NCBI GenBank assembly: GCA_049521775.1
Contig: JBEKOL010000001.1
Span: forward strand, 67,514-131,513
Source: Syntrophales bacterium
GTDB taxonomy: Bacteria > Desulfobacterota > Syntrophia > Syntrophales > UBA2185
Direction of reading: 5' to 3'
Length of the DNA: 64,000 nt
The notes below the pieces were generated by a model. It was not told the origin of the DNA and did no database searches. It worked only from the letters and a program-made list of their open reading frames with translations. The translations under genes were made by a program, and so were the position numbers. Shown here in pieces: positions 58,800 to 64,000 of this stretch (position 1 is the stretch's first letter; each line of letters opens with the position of its first letter).

Positions 58800-59732
58800 T
58801 CAGGCCTCGCGATGACAATATGGTGCAAAAGGCGAGGGATTCAGCTGAGAGATTGTGGCAGGGAATGTCTGTCCCATGTAATGTTGAAACTGCAAGCTTG
58901 TTTCGATGAGTTTATCGAGGTTGATTCCCGTTTTCACACCCGTCTCATGGAGCATATTGACGGTGTCTTCCGTGGCAATGTTCCCCCTGGCGCCGGTAAT
59001 GAAAGGGCATCCCCCCAGCCCTCCGAGAGACGTATCGAAAATAGAAACACCCTCGTTGATTGCCGCCCAGACATTAGCGAGCCCCAGGCCGCGCGTATTG
59101 TGAAGATGTAGGGAAAGCGGCACCGCCCCCACAATTTCCTGCACACGTTTCACGAGCTTTGTAACTTGCGATGGATTAGCCATGCCCGATGTGTCGGCAA
59201 GGCAGACTTCGTTCGGTTCTCTTTTCAGGAAATCCTTCACCAGCTTTATGACTTTAGCTTGAGGAACATTTCCCTCGTAGGCACAGCCGAAGGCGTTCAT
59301 CACACCCGCCCTCACTTCCATGCCTGCACCACGCGCCTTCTCTATGAGCAGTCTGGCCTCCCTCATCGCCTCCGCAATGGACACATTGCTATTTTTTCTG
59401 CTGTGCGTTTCACTTGCGGACACATAAACGCCTGCCTGCGGAACCTCGCACCGCCTGGCTCTTTCCAGGCCCCTCTCGTTTAAGACCAGCGCTGCATAGA
59501 CGACGCCTTTCTTGCGCCTTACCAGGCTCCAGAGTTTCTCTGCATCTGCCATCTGCGGAACCAGGCGGGGATTGACAAAGGATGACACCTCGATGCGCCG
59601 TACTCCGCAATTGATCAATGCATCGATGAGCTTCACTTTCTGATCGGTGGATACGAGTTTCTTCTCATTCTGGATGCCATCCCTAAGGACGACCTCATGG
59701 ATTTCAATCTTTCGTGGGAGGCGGCTTTGCAT
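58800..59732 (-). CDS. Hydroxymethylglutaryl-CoA lyase
   Basis: IEIHEVVLRDGIQNE...RIEVSSFVNPRLVPQMADAE...LHLHNTRGLGLANVWAA matches the HMGL family. Confidence 0.85.
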   Translation of the reverse strand: MQSRLPRKIEIHEVVLRDGIQNEKKLVSTDQKVKLIDALINCGVRRIEVSSFVNPRLVPQMADAEKLWSLVRRKKGVVYAALVLNERGLERARRCEVPQAGVYVSASETHSRKNSNVSIAEAMREARLLIEKARGAGMEVRAGVMNAFGCAYEGNVPQAKVIKLVKDFLKREPNEVCLADTSGMANPSQVTKLVKRVQEIVGAVPLSLHLHNTRGLGLANVWAAINEGVSIFDTSLGGLGGCPFITGARGNIATEDTVNMLHETGVKTGINLDKLIETSLQFQHYMGQTFPATISQLNPSPFAPYCHREA

Positions 59733-59801
59733 AGGCTTATCCGGTATGCAAAAAGACGCAGGGGGAGGATAACTCCTCCCCCTGCGTCAAACATCATGAT
59801 T

Positions 59802-60980
59802 CTATTTCTTCCAGGCCGTTGGTCCCCATTTGTCACCCAGAATAGCTTTGGGCGGCCATTCGGGTGGCACCAGTTGGCCCGGTTTTTCGCCAACTTTCTG
59901 GATGAGTTTGGCAAGACCGGGACGGGCGTGTTCTGGATGCCCTTCTTTCAATGTCCGGCCATTAATGACGGCCTCGGAGCGGAGCCTCCGTCCGATCGTC
60001 TTTTCCATCTTCCTTCCGAGCGAGAGGACACGGTCCACATCATACCCGTGCTCGATACCCAGCTCGTCGATCATCACTAGGAGATCCTCCATGGTAATGA
60101 GACCCACAAACCTAGGATCGTAATAGTAATCACCCGTTCCTCTAACGGGACAGTCATCGAGGAAATTTGCCGGCTGTCCGCCCAGACCGCCCAGGGTTCC
60201 CTCAAAGCGGGTGATGCCGGCCTGAAGGGCCGCTAGGATGGAGGCCGAAGCGACACGCTTCGTCTCATGTAGATGGCAGAGATGTGCCTCAGGATTCGGC
60301 ATGGCGTCCAGCACCATGGAGAAATAACGGTAGACCTGTGCCGCGGACGCAGAGCCGTCGTGGTCGGCGTGCTCGATGTCATGCGCGCCGATAGATAAAA
60401 AGCGCTTCGTAAATTCAACGGCATCTTCCAGCTTCGTGGCGCCGGTAATGGGGCTCCCCCAAATGGTGCTCACGGTGCCGCACATCTTCATGCCATGGTC
60501 GGCGGCTTTCTTGATGCAGCGCTCTGCTTCTTTCCAGTACTGGGTCAGCGTCGTTCCGGAATTGGCAAAATGGTGTTCAGGATCGGTGGAAACCATCATC
60601 AGGACGCGGTCCGGACCTATCCCTTTTTTCCTGAGCTCAATTGCCGTATCGACAGCGGGTTCGCGGATCGTCACAGCAGTCATGACAAGCTCATCGTATT
60701 TGACCCCCGCCCTCTCGCAGCGCTTCTTGAACGTATCACTCCTGAGGGCTGTAAGAACCTGCTCTGCGTCTCTGAACTGTGGAATGCCTGCCGGGTTTCC
60801 CAAGTTAGTGACCTCAATTTCCTTTGCACCGGCAAGTATCATCTCCTGGGCGTAAAAGATCTTGGCGTTAGTAGATATGAATTTTTCTTCGTGCTGGAAA
60901 CCATCGCGTACGGTTATGTCTCCGATGGTTACCTTCTTTGGCATTTTGGGAAAGATCTTCCAATAATCATATTCCGTCAT
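59802..60980 (-). CDS. HMGL-like (pyruvate carboxyltransferase-fold) lyase paralog with ~90-aa C-terminal extension
   Basis: VTIGDITVRDGFQHE...EIEVTNLGNPAGIPQFRDAE...CHLHETKRVASASILAALQAG is the same fold as the downstream lyase but divergent. It is 392 aa with a Pro/Lys-rich tail. Confidence 0.75.
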   Translation of the reverse strand: MTEYDYWKIFPKMPKKVTIGDITVRDGFQHEEKFISTNAKIFYAQEMILAGAKEIEVTNLGNPAGIPQFRDAEQVLTALRSDTFKKRCERAGVKYDELVMTAVTIREPAVDTAIELRKKGIGPDRVLMMVSTDPEHHFANSGTTLTQYWKEAERCIKKAADHGMKMCGTVSTIWGSPITGATKLEDAVEFTKRFLSIGAHDIEHADHDGSASAAQVYRYFSMVLDAMPNPEAHLCHLHETKRVASASILAALQAGITRFEGTLGGLGGQPANFLDDCPVRGTGDYYYDPRFVGLITMEDLLVMIDELGIEHGYDVDRVLSLGRKMEKTIGRRLRSEAVINGRTLKEGHPEHARPGLAKLIQKVGEKPGQLVPPEWPPKAILGDKWGPTAWKK

Positions 60981-61046
60981 AGAACAGTAATGACCTCCTC
61001 AATTTTATTATTTATTAAGTTCAACGTATCTCCGGGTGAAAGAGTG

Positions 61047-61847
61047 TTATTCCCCCTTGAATACGGGTTTACGTTTTTCCGCAAAAGCCGCCAGTGCTTC
61101 CAGTCGATCTTTCGTCGGGATGGTGACTTCGTAAGCCTTGGACTCAAGCGGGAGCGCCACCCCGAGGCTCGCCTCGGAGCCGTAGTTAATGGCGAACTTC
61201 GCTTGAGCTACGCCGATGGGGCCGTTCTTGGCGATCTCCCTTGCCAGTTCGAGCGCGGCTTCCATGAGCTTATCAGGTTCCACAACCCCGCTGACAAGAC
61301 CGATCTTTAGAGCCGTCTCGGCATCTATTCTTCTCGCCGTGAAGACCAGTTCCTTCGCCTTTGCCACACCTACAATCCTGGTCAGTCTTTGAGTTCCGCC
61401 GGCGCCGGGGATAATCGCCAGAGAGGTTTCGGTTAGTCCCATCAGGACGTTGGACGAGCAGATACGGATGTCAGAGGCAAGGGCGAGTTCCGTACCGCCA
61501 CCAAAAGCAAAGCCGTTTATGGCGGCAATCACGGGGACACGGACCTGCTCTACGGCCGTGAAAGTGTTGCGTATCGTGAAGATAAAGCGGCGAACTTGGT
61601 CGTCTGATAGCGTCCTTCTTTCCTTCAGGTCTGCTCCTGTAGAGAATGACCACTTCTTGGGATCGTCACCAGCCTTGGCGCCGGTAATGATGATACAGCG
61701 GAGACCCATGTCAAAATTTGCTTCCCTTACGGTGTCAGCCAGTGCAGCCAATAGATCAAAGTTAAAACAGTTCATAGCCTCAGGACGATTCAGCGTGAGA
61801 ATAAGGATGCCTTCATCAGTCCTTTCTTTCAACAGTATATCTGCCAT
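61047..61847 (-). CDS. Enoyl-CoA hydratase (methylglutaconyl-CoA-hydratase-like crotonase)
   Basis: The ATG at 61847 follows a GGAGGA RBS (MADILLKERTDEGILILTLNRPEAMN). Crotonase motifs are FSTGADL and AAINGFAFGGGTELA. Confidence 0.85.
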   Translation of the reverse strand: MADILLKERTDEGILILTLNRPEAMNCFNFDLLAALADTVREANFDMGLRCIIITGAKAGDDPKKWSFSTGADLKERRTLSDDQVRRFIFTIRNTFTAVEQVRVPVIAAINGFAFGGGTELALASDIRICSSNVLMGLTETSLAIIPGAGGTQRLTRIVGVAKAKELVFTARRIDAETALKIGLVSGVVEPDKLMEAALELAREIAKNGPIGVAQAKFAINYGSEASLGVALPLESKAYEVTIPTKDRLEALAAFAEKRKPVFKGE

Positions 61848-61883
61848 AGGAATACTCCTCCTTCTTTCACTCTTCAAACGGGA

Positions 61884-63539
61884 TTAAACTTTCAGATCAC
61901 CCCAGTCTGACTTGTCTATCGGTACGCGATAACAGAGTTCCAATGACCTGCCCAGCTTTTCGCGCGTTTCGCTGTAAGTGATTACACCGTCATGGAACAA
62001 GAGCGAACCCGTCAGGAAGGGATGCCCTTCGTTATCATAACGATCTATCATCATCTGGCGGAATTTGGCCATTTCTTCCTCGTTAACCGTTTGTCCTTTG
62101 TCGACGATATTCTTTCTGCGGACGCTCTCCACGATGAATCCAGCTGTCCGGCCGGACATAACCGTGGTGCGGCCTCTCATATTTGTAAAGCAGAAGACCG
62201 GCCTGAAGGCCCTACCGCACATCCCGTAGTTTGCAGCTCCGTGGTCTGGACCAATGACGTACTGGATTTTCGGGACGTTCAGCACACTGCACGTACGGAC
62301 CATGTCTGATCCGTATTTCCCAATGCCTCCCCATTCCTCGGCCTTGCCGACCATGTAGCCCGGAGATCCCTGGAGAAAGATAACCGGCAGCTTCGAGTTT
62401 CCGCACCGGATCATCCATTCCGTCGCCTTTCTAGCCGCTTCAATATAGATAACGCCGGTCCCATTGGAAGCAATGACGCCTACGGGCATGCCTTTCAGCC
62501 ACATCTTGCCGGCAACGACACTTTCACCGCGGTTGAGGCCGTATGTCGGTTTGTATTCATGGAAATAGCTGTCATCAGCAATGCACTTGAGCGTGTCCCT
62601 GATGTTGATTGCGTTATAGGTATTCATAGGGGCAGAACGCATCATGTCCTTGTAGTCATATCTCGGTTCCAAGGTTTGTACACGGTCGCAGTAAATCGAC
62701 TGGCTTGGTTCAAACTCAATGATGTCCCGCAGCTTCTGGACACCCTCTGCCTGGGATGTCACGAAATGGTCGCAACCTCCGGAGTGCTGGGTGTGAACAT
62801 AGGCGCCTCCCAGGTCTTCCATGGACACAGTCTCACCGATGGCGGACTTCACCATAGGAGGACCTGCCAGGAAGGCAAAGGCCAGCTTTTCTATCATGAT
62901 TGATTCGGAAGCAAGATAAACGATATAGGCGCCGCCCGCCGTGTTTCCGCCGGTGGACAGCGTGTATTGTTTGACTCCCATGGCGGACATGCGGCACATG
63001 TTGTAGAACATGCTGCCAAAATGCCCGTCGTCGGCAAAACAGCCCAACTGCAGGGGAAGGTTGATGCCACCTGAGTCGGCAATGTAGACGCAGGGTAATC
63101 GGAGCCGTTCGGCAATCGCTTGCGCCCTCATATGCTTCTTTAGGGTGATGGGGAAATATGTCCCCGCCGCATAGCGGTTTTCATTGGCAAAGATCATGCA
63201 ATCCTTTCCATGAATAACGCCTACGCCGGTAACCAGTCCGCCGCCGGGGATGTGACCTCTTTTCTCCGATTCGTAGATCTCTCCTCCGTAGAGTTTTATC
63301 TGTCCGATGTTGTAGCCAGCATCGAGACCCAGCTCAAAGAACTCCGTACCTGGATCGATCAACATCGAAATGAGCTCACGCATCGGTTTCTTACCCTGCT
63401 TGGCAAGGCGCTTGAGCTGCTCCTCACCGCCGATGTTGTATGCCTCTTCACGGTGAGTCAAGAGGATAGCGTCCTGTTCCTCCCAATGCTTCAGGTTGTT
63501 GTCGTCCCCTGCCATACCTTCTTTCATTTCTTCCGCCAT
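61884..63539 (-). CDS. Acyl-CoA carboxyltransferase (methylcrotonyl-CoA carboxylase beta / glutaconyl-CoA decarboxylase alpha family)
   Basis: 551-aa ORF with duplicated crotonase-like carboxyltransferase halves (RELISMLIDPGTEFFELG, ADSGGINLPLQ, GPDHGAANYGMCGRAF). Confidence 0.85.
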   Translation of the reverse strand: MAEEMKEGMAGDDNNLKHWEEQDAILLTHREEAYNIGGEEQLKRLAKQGKKPMRELISMLIDPGTEFFELGLDAGYNIGQIKLYGGEIYESEKRGHIPGGGLVTGVGVIHGKDCMIFANENRYAAGTYFPITLKKHMRAQAIAERLRLPCVYIADSGGINLPLQLGCFADDGHFGSMFYNMCRMSAMGVKQYTLSTGGNTAGGAYIVYLASESIMIEKLAFAFLAGPPMVKSAIGETVSMEDLGGAYVHTQHSGGCDHFVTSQAEGVQKLRDIIEFEPSQSIYCDRVQTLEPRYDYKDMMRSAPMNTYNAINIRDTLKCIADDSYFHEYKPTYGLNRGESVVAGKMWLKGMPVGVIASNGTGVIYIEAARKATEWMIRCGNSKLPVIFLQGSPGYMVGKAEEWGGIGKYGSDMVRTCSVLNVPKIQYVIGPDHGAANYGMCGRAFRPVFCFTNMRGRTTVMSGRTAGFIVESVRRKNIVDKGQTVNEEEMAKFRQMMIDRYDNEGHPFLTGSLLFHDGVITYSETREKLGRSLELCYRVPIDKSDWGDLKV

Positions 63540-63600
63540 TATAATCCTCCTCTACCCCCGGATTGAATATAACCTAGGGGCTTAAATTCTTAAGAGAAAA

Positions 63601-64000
63601 CTACCTTCCGATAACGTAGCGATACGGGTCTATCTGATCCCTCAGGATGGACAGTTCATCTGCTGATGGAGGTTTGTTCTCCACGATCTTCTTCGCCTTC
63701 AAGAGTTCGAACCCGCAATTAGCCTGAACATCGTTTTCGGAATAACCCGGATTGACCGCTATAATCCGCATCCTCTTTGATTCCGGTTCAAAGTCCATCA
63801 CCGCCATATTGGTAATTATCTTGTACGGACCGGCCCCGCGCGGAAGGCCTGATTTCTCCCTTGAATCGCCGCCCGTCAGCCAGCCAGGCGTTGTAATAAA
63901 TTGACATTTCTCGGCAAATCTCTTGGAATCCTGCGGTGTCATGACGAGCATTCTCCAACAAAATGAAGCAAGGTCGTTGGCACCGCCACTCCCCGGGAAT
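63601..64000 (-). CDS. CoA-transferase subunit B (glutaconate/3-oxoacid CoA-transferase family), N-terminus outside window
   Basis: The track ORF 63601-63951 continues open to the window edge (my reading: ...PGSGGANDLASFCWRMLVMTPQ). The C-terminus (AVMDFEPESKRMRIIAVNPGYSENDVQANCGFEL) is typical of a B subunit. Confidence 0.8.
   Translation of the reverse strand, partial: FPGSGGANDLASFCWRMLVMTPQDSKRFAEKCQFITTPGWLTGGDSREKSGLPRGAGPYKIITNMAVMDFEPESKRMRIIAVNPGYSENDVQANCGFELLKAKKIVENKPPSADELSILRDQIDPYRYVIGR

Noticed and set aside
60495-61310. 271-aa plus-strand ORF spanning two minus-strand genes
   Set aside because: It overlaps the HMGL-like paralog and the crotonase gene, both with clear family motifs, and crosses their intergenic gap. 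It is a chance antisense ORF.
1-64000. Search for CRISPR arrays, rRNA, tRNA and tmRNA-like sequences
   Set aside because: I saw no regularly spaced direct repeats and no tRNA-like T-arm or acceptor patterns (GGTTCGAATCC-type) while reading the intergenic regions. This was a visual scan only; tRNAscan, Infernal and a CRISPR finder should confirm it.

Overview
This is a bacterial chromosomal segment with about 60 protein-coding genes. I found no rRNA, tRNA or CRISPR array by eye. The gene content (tungsten aldehyde:ferredoxin oxidoreductase, acyl-CoA carboxyltransferase/CoA-transferase cluster, HD-GYP regulator) suggests an anaerobic Deltaproteobacteria/Syntrophia-like organism, but that is inference only.

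Layout:
- 1-4.1 kb: RND efflux pump. The permease runs off the window and is missing from the ORF track.
- 5.3-10.7 kb: liv-type branched-chain amino-acid ABC transporter with an embedded cupin gene.
- 10.7-13.7 kb: small accessory genes, including a J-domain protein and a sigma-28-driven mini flagellar rod/hook-like protein.
- 13.8-17.5 kb: cobalamin riboswitch, CobD-CobQ fusion, CobO and a dead cbiA stub.
- 17.7-27.5 kb: housekeeping and metabolic genes (typA, AOR, rnd, GH13, cyclase, panE).
- 27.9-29.9 kb: response regulator with PAS and HD-GYP domains.
- 30-39.5 kb: compositionally mosaic accessory stretch. Two 54-bp inverted repeats (50/54 identical) bracket about 7.4 kb of it.
- 40-48.3 kb: assorted enzymes.
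- 48.4-55.2 kb: decay zone with a multiply disrupted isochorismatase gene, a truncated IS1-like transposase and a radical-SAM/SPASM relic. It surrounds an orphan molybdopterin oxidoreductase and a transglutaminase-like / B-box-like zinc-finger / CMD operon.
- 55.2-64 kb: GGT, a DASS transporter and a liu-like acyl-CoA cluster with two HMG-CoA-lyase paralogs.

I cannot demonstrate a complete novel multi-gene system from sequence alone. The best candidates for follow-up are:
- the D0-only flagellar-like protein with its sigma-28 promoter;
- the cassette bracketed by the inverted repeats;
- the operon containing the B-box-like zinc finger;
- the dual-lyase acyl-CoA cluster.
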